Below are positions 28,413 to 37,611 of a stretch of DNA of 64,000 nucleotides, one piece after another (positions within the stretch are counted from its first letter, which is position 1; each line of letters starts with the position of its first letter). The stretch is from a virus (lineage: Duplodnaviria; Heunggongvirae; Uroviricota; Caudoviricetes): positions 48,524-112,523 of the IMG/VR virus record IMGVR_UViG_3300009175_000009. One strand, written 5' to 3'. The position numbers were made by a program, and so were the translations under genes. The notes under the pieces were generated by a model. That model did not search any database. It was not told the origin of the DNA and worked only from the letters and a program-made list of their open reading frames with translations.

Positions 28413-29627
28413 ATGGAACGCCGAAATATCGAAACCGTACCTACACGACGCCGCATCATCTCGTCCGTGGAGGTTCCCGTCGCGGAAGAACCGACATCCG
28501 ACCAGCGTACCCTCGTCCGTCGCTCGATTGCGACCCCTGCTCGCAGGCATATTGGTGATAGCGGGAACGTGGACGAGAAGCTACTTGTTGCCCCCTATCC
28601 GTACTTCGGCGGAAAAAGCGGTGTCGCTAATGAGATATGGAGTCGCCTGGATCCCAAGACCCTCGACTGCTATATCGAGCCGTGCATGGGATCCGCAGCA
28701 ACGTACCTCGTGCGACCACAGCCGTGGGTGGGCCGTGAAGTCCTCAACGACTACGATGCCCTCCTGGTGAACGCGTGGAGGGCCATCAGCCGTCATCCCG
28801 ACGAGGTGGCTGAGATCTGCAACGGTATCATGCTGGCCGAGATGGAACTGCACGCCATCCACTCGCACCTCACGCGATCCAGGGATCGCATGCGGAAGCT
28901 CGTGGGCGGCAGTACCGACTTCTGTGACGTGAAGCTCGGCGCGTGGTGGCTGTGGGGCATCTGCATGAAGCTGGGCGGTGGGTTCTGTAGCGGCGACGGC
29001 CCGTGGTACGTCATCAACGACGAGCTTGTGTGCCTGGAGAAGGACGACCCGCGACGGGACGGCAACGGCATCACCTGTAGCGTGCCCTGCGTGGGGAACC
29101 GGGGCGTGCTGCGGCAGGAGCTTGACTACCTCAAGTCGTGGATGCGAGCCCTGTCGTACCGCATGCGACAGACATTAGTCCTCAGCGGTGACTGGTCGCG
29201 GGCCGTGACGCCCGCGTTCACGGGAACGGGCAAAATAGGCATCATGTTCGACCCGCCCTACGGTGCTGATGCCAACTTCAACGGCACCCTATACACAAAT
29301 CAGGATGCCGACATCAGCACCAAGATCAAGGAGTGGTGCATCCAGCATACCGACCCCGCGTGGTGCCGAGCGAACAAAGACACGAATATCTACCGCATCG
29401 CGTACTGCGGCTATACACCGGAAGGTGATATCCTTGAGCAGAACGGATGGGCAGTTCACGCGTGGACAGCCGCAGGAGGCTACGGAAACCAGGGTCAGGA
29501 TGGGGCTAACAAGAAGGTAGAGAAGGGCGGGCAGTTTCTTCGCGGGAACGCGGGCCGCGAGCGTGTTTGGTTCAGCCCGGCCTGTGGTAGTGGCAGTGAT
29601 ATTTGGCTTAGATTCGGAAAGAAGTAA
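28413..29627 (+). CDS. DNA N6-adenine methyltransferase (second Dam-like, D12 class)
   Basis: PYPYFGGKS (motif I region) and FDPPYGAD (motif IV). Confidence 0.7.
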   Translation: MERRNIETVPTRRRIISSVEVPVAEEPTSDQRTLVRRSIATPARRHIGDSGNVDEKLLVAPYPYFGGKSGVANEIWSRLDPKTLDCYIEPCMGSAATYLVRPQPWVGREVLNDYDALLVNAWRAISRHPDEVAEICNGIMLAEMELHAIHSHLTRSRDRMRKLVGGSTDFCDVKLGAWWLWGICMKLGGGFCSGDGPWYVINDELVCLEKDDPRRDGNGITCSVPCVGNRGVLRQELDYLKSWMRALSYRMRQTLVLSGDWSRAVTPAFTGTGKIGIMFDPPYGADANFNGTLYTNQDADISTKIKEWCIQHTDPAWCRANKDTNIYRIAYCGYTPEGDILEQNGWAVHAWTAAGGYGNQGQDGANKKVEKGGQFLRGNAGRERVWFSPACGSGSDIWLRFGKK

Positions 29628-29628
29628 T

Positions 29629-30108
29629 ATGACCAAAAAACCAACAAGATCTGAAGTACTGCAAAAGTTCGGCACGGCGATCTCCGTGCTGGGCAAAGAC
29701 GCTGTAGTGATTCATCTCAGCAAGATCACCTATCGCGAGCGTGAGATACTCAAGCTGCGGTTCGGTTTTGGCGATGGCTACTGCTACACATTTCAGGAGG
29801 TGGCCCACATCTTCAAGACCACCGTCGCCCGCATCCGCCAGATCGAGGAGAAGGCCATCCGTAAGATGTGCGCCCTGATGAACGAGGTCAAAGTACCGGA
29901 AATCCAAAGCATGAACATCGACGAGGCCAAGCGAGCCAAAATAGCGTTAGCTGAATCGGTGGGCACGCTGGTGCGAGAGTTCGAGCTACGGACCGGCCTG
30001 ACCGTGCTGAGCATATCGCTGGGCCGCAAGGAATATTCAAGCTCCGAGATGCCGGCGGGAGTGACCAAGTCGCTGCTGACCGGAGTTCACGTATCCGTGA
30101 GGATATGA
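29629..30108 (+). CDS. sigma-70 region-4-containing protein (putative phage sigma/transcription factor)
   Basis: REREILKLRFGFGDGYCYTFQEVAHIFKTTVARIRQIEEKAIRKM matches the sigma70_r4 HTH. Confidence 0.55.
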   Translation: MTKKPTRSEVLQKFGTAISVLGKDAVVIHLSKITYREREILKLRFGFGDGYCYTFQEVAHIFKTTVARIRQIEEKAIRKMCALMNEVKVPEIQSMNIDEAKRAKIALAESVGTLVREFELRTGLTVLSISLGRKEYSSSEMPAGVTKSLLTGVHVSVRI

Positions 30109-30968
30109 TGGCAATCCGCCGCCCGGATCGATCATTGTTCGATGTCGCTACCACACGGGCCAGCCGTCAAGTCTATCTCGGCATCGACGGTACGAACTGG
30201 CTGCACACTATCTACCATGCCAACAACGGGCACGATGTGCTGGAGACTGTGGTGCGCCGCATCGACGCCCTGACGCGGAACCTACAGCCGAAGCTGGTGG
30301 TGGTGTGCCTCGACCGCAGGAGCTTCCGGCATGATCTCTATCCGCCCTATAAGGCCAAACGGGGCGAACGCCCGCACGACGAGAACCTGCACTTCGTACT
30401 GGAGAATGCTCTGGGCGTGCTGAAGGACTGGGCCGTGGTGGTTCAGGTAAACGGTTTTGAAGCGGATGATTGCCTAGCTGCCTTAGCCGCCAGGGCGGTC
30501 GCCGTGGGCAGTGATGCCGTGCTCGCGTCGCCCGACAAAGACCTCAACCAGTGCTTGGTTGCCGACCGCGTAACGATCATCAAGAAGTTCCACCTGTTGG
30601 GATCGGGTATCACAAACATTGAGTGGATGACGCCGCAGCTTCTTCTCGATCAGAAGGGCCTGACGCCGCGTCAGTGGATTGATTATCAGACCCTCGCTGG
30701 TGATTCTGGAGACGGTGTGCCTGGTTGTCCGGGATGGGGCGAGAAGACGGCCAGCGAGGCTATTCGGCAGTGGGGCAGCATCGACGCTATTTACGATAAC
30801 ATCGATTCAGTTAAGGTCAGCGCGTCCCGCAGGGCCGCCCTGCTGAAGTTCCGCGATGATGGACTGGCAATCATGCGGCAACTGGTTACGCTCCGCACCG
30901 ATGTGGACGAAGTAAAGCGAATCTTCGTGTCTAGACGTCGTATAGGAGCAAGTCATGCCCGAACGTAG
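30105..30968 (+). CDS. 5'-3' exonuclease / flap endonuclease (Pol I 5'-nuclease-like)
   Basis: LGIDGTNWLH, EADDCLAALA, SPDKDLNQ, H3TH GDSGDGVPGCPGWGEKTA. Confidence 0.8.
   Translation: MMAIRRPDRSLFDVATTRASRQVYLGIDGTNWLHTIYHANNGHDVLETVVRRIDALTRNLQPKLVVVCLDRRSFRHDLYPPYKAKRGERPHDENLHFVLENALGVLKDWAVVVQVNGFEADDCLAALAARAVAVGSDAVLASPDKDLNQCLVADRVTIIKKFHLLGSGITNIEWMTPQLLLDQKGLTPRQWIDYQTLAGDSGDGVPGCPGWGEKTASEAIRQWGSIDAIYDNIDSVKVSASRRAALLKFRDDGLAIMRQLVTLRTDVDEVKRIFVSRRRIGASHART
30927..30934 (+). promoter_or_regulatory. GTGTCTAG + ACGTCGTATAGGAGCA motif (inside FEN gene 3' end)
   Basis: 20 nt before ATG 30955. Confidence 0.4.
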
Positions 30969-31884
30969 ACGCATCCAGACACCGCCTGTAGTTCGACGAC
31001 GTATGAACACAGGTGGTCCGCCACCCGTTCCGCCGTCCCTACGCCCCGAACCGATGCGTGCCGGTCAATTCGGTATGAGGATCGCGAGCCCTGACCCGGG
31101 CAACATCAACGTCGACTTGATGAACCGATTCATCAACATCAACGGTGAGCCGGCGACGGTTAGGAACTGTACAGCTTATGTGTGTAACGGTCAGGTGGTG
31201 CTGAACATGGAGGTGGCCTACCCGCCAGGGCAGCGTGCCGGTATCGCCGGGCTGTGGGTTCCACCGGATAACGTACCGCTTCGCGGACAGGAGATCAGCG
31301 GCGTAGCCTTTGACGAGGCCGTAAACCTCGACAGGCGGCTTCAGTGGCATAGTACGGAAACGGGCCGCGTATCTTCCGCAAGGCCCAACGTGAGCAACGT
31401 GCCGCGTTCAGGCGGGCGGGCAGCCCCGTTACCGCTGGGTGGCCCCGAGAACCTAGCGTTCCACATGGGAAACGGTCAATCGGGAGTCATCTGCGAGGCC
31501 CAACCGCGATGCCCCGCCATCGGTGAAGATTTGCGTGGCGTGGCCCGCGGGCGAGTCATGGACATGTCCCATGCCCCCAACCGGGAACGCCGCGAGATGA
31601 TATACTACATCCGCGAGCGAGAACTGCTGATCGCCTTCTACCGCGAGGATCCCGACTACATCGTGGTCGGCATCGACCCCGAATTGCCGCACGGGGCTGT
31701 CATACGCAGCGTTCACCACGAGCCGCATCGTGCGGCGTTTGCGTTCATTGTATATCATCCATCGTTCGATATCGTACCCGATAGCCAATCCCCGCCCAAC
31801 GCTGGCGTAATGCCGTTTCAGTACCGCACCCTGACGCGAGCCGGTGACGGGAGATATGATATCGGAAATGCACCGCTTGAGTAG
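30955..31884 (+). CDS. hypothetical protein with N-terminal MPERRRIQT tag
   Basis: ORF; GTGTCTAG motif plus TATAGGAG upstream. Confidence 0.5.
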   Translation: MPERRRIQTPPVVRRRMNTGGPPPVPPSLRPEPMRAGQFGMRIASPDPGNINVDLMNRFININGEPATVRNCTAYVCNGQVVLNMEVAYPPGQRAGIAGLWVPPDNVPLRGQEISGVAFDEAVNLDRRLQWHSTETGRVSSARPNVSNVPRSGGRAAPLPLGGPENLAFHMGNGQSGVICEAQPRCPAIGEDLRGVARGRVMDMSHAPNRERREMIYYIRERELLIAFYREDPDYIVVGIDPELPHGAVIRSVHHEPHRAAFAFIVYHPSFDIVPDSQSPPNAGVMPFQYRTLTRAGDGRYDIGNAPLE

Positions 31885-31891
31885 TGTCTGG
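31884..31891 (+). promoter_or_regulatory. GTGTCTGG motif
   Basis: 46 nt before lipoprotein ATG 31938. Confidence 0.4.
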
Positions 31892-31937
31892 TGACGTGAT
31901 GCAGGTTTACATCTCCACTAACTCGAAAGGTAGTATC

Positions 31938-32423
31938 ATGAAGTTTGCGAGTCTCGTACTTTTGTTGATCGTTGCCGGATGCTCGTTCGAGACATCCGTA
32001 ACGTCGACACCCAACGCCAAACAGTCTGCTGATCCTGTCCTGGTTTCCGTTCCGGTCAAACCCGATCCAGTCTCGGCCATGAAGGATATTCTGGCTCGCG
32101 TGGCACGCGGCACGCCGCGTGGTGCGACTGCTCATGACTTGCATTATGATGTCAAGAAGACGGATTCGATGATAACGCCGTACACGGCGACGGTTACGTT
32201 CCGCGACGAGTACTCTATACCGTCATCCGAATGGAAAGACGATGCTCGTGCGGCAAGCCTTAAATCACCAATTACAGTTCAGTTGGCGTGGCAGGATGAA
32301 CACTGGGTGGTCAAGGAGCTGTATGTGAATGCCCTCGGGCTAAAAAGCCAGCAAGTTTATGTAGCTAACGTATCGTCAGGCAGTTCATTGCACGACTGGA
32401 TTATTGTGTTTTCCGGTATGTAG
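31938..32423 (+). CDS. lipoprotein
   Basis: MKFASLVLLLIVAGC lipobox; RBS AAAGG. Confidence 0.5.
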   Translation: MKFASLVLLLIVAGCSFETSVTSTPNAKQSADPVLVSVPVKPDPVSAMKDILARVARGTPRGATAHDLHYDVKKTDSMITPYTATVTFRDEYSIPSSEWKDDARAASLKSPITVQLAWQDEHWVVKELYVNALGLKSQQVYVANVSSGSSLHDWIIVFSGM

Positions 32424-32426
32424 TTC

Positions 32427-32434
32427 GTGTCTGG
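32427..32434 (+). promoter_or_regulatory. GTGTCTGG motif with 150-nt leader
   Basis: leader contains hairpin GGCCTTCGGGCC. Confidence 0.35.
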
Positions 32435-32583
32435 TGATGCATGGTGCGGGCGGCGTTACGACGCAGGGATGGTTGGGATCGCTACGCACGGCATCCCTTA
32501 GAATGGCGTGGCCTTCGGGCCTAGTGACTCTCTGTGATTCGGAGGCGTCGCTCGCCCGTTCCGCCCTTATCAAGGAGACCGAT

Positions 32584-33273
32584 ATGAACCGTGAAAAACC
32601 AACCGAGACCCGATTTGGCCTGACGCACAAGGCCACCATCCTCGCCATGTCCGATGACGGCACGTCGCCCGATCCGGTCGAATTCTTCATCATCTCGAAC
32701 ACCTTTCCTGACGGCAGGCTGTGCGAGATCTTCCTGACGACGCGGAAGGAGGGCAGCACCATCGACGGCCTGCTCGACGGCATCGCCACCCTGACCAGCT
32801 TCTGCCTGCAAAGCGGGTGGCCGCTGTACAAGCTCGTGGAGAAGTTCAGCCACACGAAGTTTGAGCCTATGGGTTACACCAAGGGCGAGACGTGCGTGCG
32901 GTATGCCAAGAGCATCCTCGACTACGTCTTCCGCTACCTGGGCGAGACGTTCGGTGATATGCCCGCCGAGATGGAGCATAGCCACAGCAGCGGCGACGAT
33001 CAGACCGAACTGCCGGCAACCGACCCGGATACCGAGGCGGTTGTGGAGATCGCCCCCGACCTGGATGAAGAGGCGAAGAAGGAGGAGGCCCGCCTGGAAC
33101 TGATCGAGGCCCACAAGCGTATTACACAGGCCCGCGACGACGAGGATCGCAAGAATCAGGAGGCTGCTGTTGCATGGCACGCCGCCCATCCCAAGACGTA
33201 TCCCGAATACCCTGAGAACCGACCCATGCCGCTGGGCGAAGCTGTCGTTCCCGGCGACGAACCCCGTGGATGA
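32584..33273 (+). CDS. hypothetical protein with acidic C-terminal half
   Basis: ATG 32584 with AAGGAGA RBS; 150-nt leader after GTGTCTGG at 32427. Confidence 0.5.
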   Translation: MNREKPTETRFGLTHKATILAMSDDGTSPDPVEFFIISNTFPDGRLCEIFLTTRKEGSTIDGLLDGIATLTSFCLQSGWPLYKLVEKFSHTKFEPMGYTKGETCVRYAKSILDYVFRYLGETFGDMPAEMEHSHSSGDDQTELPATDPDTEAVVEIAPDLDEEAKKEEARLELIEAHKRITQARDDEDRKNQEAAVAWHAAHPKTYPEYPENRPMPLGEAVVPGDEPRG

Positions 33274-33917
33274 TCATGAAACGCATTCTCGTTCTGGAAG
33301 AAAAGCACGGCACCCGCCACTTCGACGCATCGACCGACAAACTGCTGGCCCAGGCTGCACTGTCAGTCCTGAAGGCCCGTTTCGATGAGGGCGGCTGGTA
33401 CTACGCCCCTGGCGTCGCTCCCACGAAGCCCGACTTCGCGGAGGCCGACATCGAGAAGATGCCAGCGTCCATGCAGGCTGCGGCGAAGGAGACGTTCAAG
33501 CAGTACCGGCGGTCGCTGAACGCCTGGCAGCAGGAGACCGATGATTACAACCGCATCAAGCGGGCCATCGACACCAACAACGGCTGGCTGGCCTGGCACA
33601 TCCTGCGAGATCGTTCCAGCTATGAATACGAACGGGCCGAACTGGAGACGCTGGAGGACGCCAGCGATGTTGAGGTGATGTGGCCCCCGATACCGCTGGG
33701 CACGCGAGTCGTGACGACGAGGTCGCGTACCGTTCGCACCGAGACCGAGAATCAGTTGTTTGCCGATCTTCTCGGCGAACGTAAGTGGGGCGTACCTGGC
33801 GAGATCGTGGGGTTCAACGAGATGATCGGTTTGTTGTACACCATCCGTTTCGACGATGGCACCCGCGGTGGTTACAAGCCCGAAGAGTTCAAACTACTTC
33901 CCAAGGATAAATCATGA
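33270..33917 (+). CDS. hypothetical protein
   Basis: ORF. Confidence 0.5.
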   Translation: MIMKRILVLEEKHGTRHFDASTDKLLAQAALSVLKARFDEGGWYYAPGVAPTKPDFAEADIEKMPASMQAAAKETFKQYRRSLNAWQQETDDYNRIKRAIDTNNGWLAWHILRDRSSYEYERAELETLEDASDVEVMWPPIPLGTRVVTTRSRTVRTETENQLFADLLGERKWGVPGEIVGFNEMIGLLYTIRFDDGTRGGYKPEEFKLLPKDKS

Positions 33918-34354
33918 GCGATACCGTCAAGTCATCGTTGCAGCAGGCCATCGAGTTCCTGCGGGCACGCAACCGCACTGGCGTTCTCCAGTGCGCTTCG
34001 GATCACTGCCTCGCCGTCGATACGATCATCAAGGCTTATGACTCGCAGGAGTTCGCCCTGTGCTTCACGCGGGCCGACGCCATCCGCGTGGTCGAAGAGG
34101 CGGTGCGGCACAGCGACATCACCCTTGACTTCTGTGCGGACGGCATCCTGGCCAACACCGAAGATTACGATCTTCCGGTCAGCGTCACGCCCGAGGAGGC
34201 CGACAAGCTGCTGGCCCGTATGCCCTACCCGAATCTTGTAAAGGAGACTGCTATGAATACATGCCCAACCTGTCACGGGCCGATGACCCCGCACGGCTGT
34301 CTGCACCGGCGGATGCTCGCACTGCGGCAGGACCGTGGCCGACCTGATCGATGA
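33914..34354 (+). CDS. hypothetical protein
   Basis: ORF. Confidence 0.45.
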   Translation: MSDTVKSSLQQAIEFLRARNRTGVLQCASDHCLAVDTIIKAYDSQEFALCFTRADAIRVVEEAVRHSDITLDFCADGILANTEDYDLPVSVTPEEADKLLARMPYPNLVKETAMNTCPTCHGPMTPHGCLHRRMLALRQDRGRPDR

Positions 34355-35486
34355 ACCAGAGAAGACGACCGCTGAGTTACAGGCCGAGGGCTGCACGGTA
34401 GCCCACATCGACCTGCCGCCGAACATCTGCGACGGCTGTAACGTGCGGGACGGCTGGGAGCATCGCTGCCACGGCATGCAGGCTACGGTGCGTGGCGAGC
34501 CTACGGGCAGGCCCTGCGAGTGCCACGAGTGCATGGACGAGAAGGTGATCTGTGCCTCCCTGCTCAACCTGGAACCGGAAGCCCGCGTGAAACCTCTGGA
34601 GGCTTTGAACCGTATCATTCGTCGAGCTATCGGCCTGGAGGAGAAGCAGCAGCCTGCGTTCATGCAGCCGGTACGCGACCCGAAGACTAGCGTATGCTGC
34701 ACGTGCGGCTACGCGTGGCCCACAGGCACGCACGGTGGGCATTCCTGCTCCGACGTCCTGTTCAAGAAGCTGCATGCAGCCCTGGGTGTGCTGAACAGCA
34801 TCGACAAGATTTGCGACCAGTACGTTGCCAGCAAACCAGGCAACCCGACGCTGGGTCGCGTGCTGACGATGGTTCACGGCCTGAAACTCAGTCGTGACAC
34901 TTGGGAAAAGAAGTGCCACGAGATTACGCGGAAGATGGCGGCACTGGAGACAGATTACAACGCTACACGAGTAGAATACGAAGCAGTGCGGGCTAAATTC
35001 CAGGCTATCGCCCACGGCCTGCGAGGTGACGAGATCGATCTCCAGGAAGGTCAGCACGGTTGGTCTATCGAGTTCCACAACCTCATGGTGTTTATGCAGG
35101 AACGTCAGAAGCTGGATGGCGAGGCGAAGAAGCTGCGGGAGAACGCCGTGTTCTGGTGGCGGAACTGCCGCAAGCTCCAGGACAAGGATCCGAACATCGA
35201 GATTATGGTGGACGATCTCATGCAGGAGGTTCACCTCAGTATCACCGAGGTGGAACGCATGAATGAAGTGTATCATCGTGAACGGCAGGAGATTCGCAGT
35301 CTGTTTCTAGAGCATCTGCAAAGCGAGGGCTGCGTTACCCTACTGGACGGCATCAAGCAGCATCTGGCCGCTTTGCGAGACTTGAAGCTGATCGACGCTC
35401 TGGTGATGATATCGGAAGCCTCGCATGAGGACGTTACGGCCCTTGGCTGGGATGCTTATGCACGGCGGGGTCCAGATGCCACGTAA
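34335..35486 (+). CDS. hypothetical protein with N-terminal Cys/His cluster
   Basis: GTG start; CDGC…HRCHG…CECHEC. Confidence 0.45.
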   Translation: MADLIDEPEKTTAELQAEGCTVAHIDLPPNICDGCNVRDGWEHRCHGMQATVRGEPTGRPCECHECMDEKVICASLLNLEPEARVKPLEALNRIIRRAIGLEEKQQPAFMQPVRDPKTSVCCTCGYAWPTGTHGGHSCSDVLFKKLHAALGVLNSIDKICDQYVASKPGNPTLGRVLTMVHGLKLSRDTWEKKCHEITRKMAALETDYNATRVEYEAVRAKFQAIAHGLRGDEIDLQEGQHGWSIEFHNLMVFMQERQKLDGEAKKLRENAVFWWRNCRKLQDKDPNIEIMVDDLMQEVHLSITEVERMNEVYHRERQEIRSLFLEHLQSEGCVTLLDGIKQHLAALRDLKLIDALVMISEASHEDVTALGWDAYARRGPDAT

Positions 35487-35515
35487 GGCGACAACACAAC
35501 TGCCTCATATCCCCC

Positions 35516-35734
35516 ATGAACCCTCGACGATACATGAACGGCAGCGAACGCCGGCGGACGTGGAGAGACTACCGTCGTATGATGAAGAAGCGAAAGGCCA
35601 AATTGAAGAAGGAACGGTTATGTTCTTGTGGTAGGCCCGGTCAGTGGCGTATCGACAACGGACTGGTTGCTGGTGTACACTGTGATGCATGTTGGCAGAG
35701 GCTGGTGACCGAATGTCGCCAGAGAAGCTGGTGA
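35516..35734 (+). CDS. small basic Cys-rich protein
   Basis: ORF. Confidence 0.35.
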   Translation: MNPRRYMNGSERRRTWRDYRRMMKKRKAKLKKERLCSCGRPGQWRIDNGLVAGVHCDACWQRLVTECRQRSW

Positions 35735-35742
35735 GGTATAAT

Positions 35743-35940
35743 ATGATAATCGTATGCGTCGCCGTTCTCTCGTCTGTGACCTTAGCCTTGATACTGAGTA
35801 TCTATGCCCTGGTGCAGATCAAACGTCATCCTGATTGTGACTGTCGTCATGCGTGCGTGTTAGGTGCAGTAGTGCTCTGCGTGCTATCCGCCGTAATTCT
35901 GACGTCGATACGCCTGGGGCTGTACTTGGCAGGACAATAA
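35743..35940 (+). CDS. small membrane protein (two TM)
   Basis: ATG 35743 with GGTGAGG RBS. Confidence 0.35.
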   Translation: MIIVCVAVLSSVTLALILSIYALVQIKRHPDCDCRHACVLGAVVLCVLSAVILTSIRLGLYLAGQ

Positions 35941-35942
35941 AT

Positions 35943-36215
35943 ATGATCGAGAACATCTTGGAACATGGCACCGCTGGCTTCTGGTCGTTTTGCGGGACGT
36001 TCATGATATTGGCCCTGTTTGCTGGTGTTATCACCGCCGTTTGTAATACGTTACTCAAGTGCTGGAACCGCATGATGCTTTCCGTTCGCAAGCACGGATG
36101 GCCCCCGTCGCACCTGGATGCAGACGGTGACAGCGTAGAGATGACGAAGTACACCTCTGCCGCGAGGGAGATGGAGGCCAAGGCCCGCGTCGCCGAGGCG
36201 AAGTACGAAGCATGA
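35943..36215 (+). CDS. small membrane protein
   Basis: TM FWSFCGTFMILALFAGVITAV. Confidence 0.4.
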   Translation: MIENILEHGTAGFWSFCGTFMILALFAGVITAVCNTLLKCWNRMMLSVRKHGWPPSHLDADGDSVEMTKYTSAAREMEAKARVAEAKYEA

Positions 36216-36397
36216 GCCCGCGATACGATGACCTTCTGAGACAAGCATCGCAGCAGCAGGAGGGTGGGCATTACGCCGACGCCCTGGTGACCCTGCGGCT
36301 GGCGATGCGTTACACTGATGATGCTGGTGAGCGAGACGGTATCGCACGCTGGATGGAAAGCCTATCGGACAAAACCGAAGGCGAGGAAGAATCTTAA
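36212..36397 (+). CDS. hypothetical small protein
   Basis: ORF. Confidence 0.35.
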   Translation: MSPRYDDLLRQASQQQEGGHYADALVTLRLAMRYTDDAGERDGIARWMESLSDKTEGEEES

Positions 36398-36413
36398 CAC
36401 AAGGAGACACGTC

Positions 36414-37040
36414 ATGTTTACCTCGATCTTTGTCCTCGGCAGCCTAGCATTCTACTTGCTGCTGGTGGTGGCAACCGCCATGTTCTTTTTCTGTGCCGAG
36501 AACGATGATGCTCCCGGCTGGACCGTATTCGGTGTGGTCGCATTCCTGTTGGCCTGGCTGTTATTCGGCAATCTGTGGCCGCTGATGCTGGAGCATCCCT
36601 GGCACTTTGTGCTTTATCCGATTGCCTGGGTGGTTCTTGGAATGCTCTGGAGCTTTCCCCGATGGATCATATTCCTGAAGCGGGTGCTGAAGGAATATAA
36701 CGCTGCACACGCTGCGTATCTGAACGGCGTGTCACGTAACTACGTCAACGATCACTACGTTGATAACCCCAACACCGAGGACGGTTGGGTCAAGAACGGA
36801 TCCTATCGGTTCATTAATAACTACGGCATGAAGTGGTCGGAGGACAAGCCACCGCACATTCAGCCGCCGTCGTTCGCTCCGAACCGCAAGAGGCTCGTGG
36901 CCTGGGTGACCCTGTGGCCCTGGAGCTTCGTGTGGACGTTTGCCAGCGAGGTGGTGATGAAGGGCATTCGACACGTCGTTAATATGTTCGGCGGAACGTA
37001 CCAGAGGCTGTCGGCGTGGGTATTTTCTGGCGTGAAGTAA
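36414..37040 (+). CDS. integral membrane protein (multi-TM)
   Basis: AAGGAGA RBS; several hydrophobic helices. Confidence 0.5.
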   Translation: MFTSIFVLGSLAFYLLLVVATAMFFFCAENDDAPGWTVFGVVAFLLAWLLFGNLWPLMLEHPWHFVLYPIAWVVLGMLWSFPRWIIFLKRVLKEYNAAHAAYLNGVSRNYVNDHYVDNPNTEDGWVKNGSYRFINNYGMKWSEDKPPHIQPPSFAPNRKRLVAWVTLWPWSFVWTFASEVVMKGIRHVVNMFGGTYQRLSAWVFSGVK

Positions 37041-37598
37041 ATGCCGAGTCACTATATAATATGCCCGCAACGGAACGGTGACATAACCGAAGCCCGTATG
37101 CTAGTGCAGAACTACGGTTTGGTGGTTGGTGAATACGACGTATTCATGCCAACAGCCAATTATGTAGGTGACTGCGTGTATCTGAGCGTGTTGCCATCGA
37201 GTGAAGCCTACCAGAAGATGCGGGAGTGGATCGACCGCCGGCGGCACACGAACAGGCCAGAGTCGGCAATCGCCGCAGCCTGCCCGTCGAACCAGCGTGC
37301 CTGGGTGCTGTACTATCCGCCCGGCAGATCTTATCAGGGTGGCAGGGAAGTCGAAAACTGTGAATTATCGGTTCAAATACTACAGGCCCTGGAAAGCTGC
37401 GACCGCTGGCCGGTGGGTGTAGCCCTTCCTGCCTCCGAGCCTGGTGAAATAGGATGGCGGCTGGAGAGCGTAGGTCCGCCTGTGATTCCGCAGTGGATCG
37501 AAACCAACGGTGGCCAGTTATGGACGCCAGCGATGGAAGACGCACCCAGGCCGGTGCGGCGACGTATTCAAACATTACCCGATAGTGGTGAAATCTAA
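37041..37598 (+). CDS. hypothetical protein; paralog of the 40015 gene; C-terminal …VRRRIQTLPDSGEI tag
   Basis: shared blocks GLVVGEYDV / WVLYYPPG…SVQILQAL with the 40015 product. Confidence 0.5.
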   Translation: MPSHYIICPQRNGDITEARMLVQNYGLVVGEYDVFMPTANYVGDCVYLSVLPSSEAYQKMREWIDRRRHTNRPESAIAAACPSNQRAWVLYYPPGRSYQGGREVENCELSVQILQALESCDRWPVGVALPASEPGEIGWRLESVGPPVIPQWIETNGGQLWTPAMEDAPRPVRRRIQTLPDSGEI

Positions 37599-37611
37599 GG
37601 AGAAATTAAGC

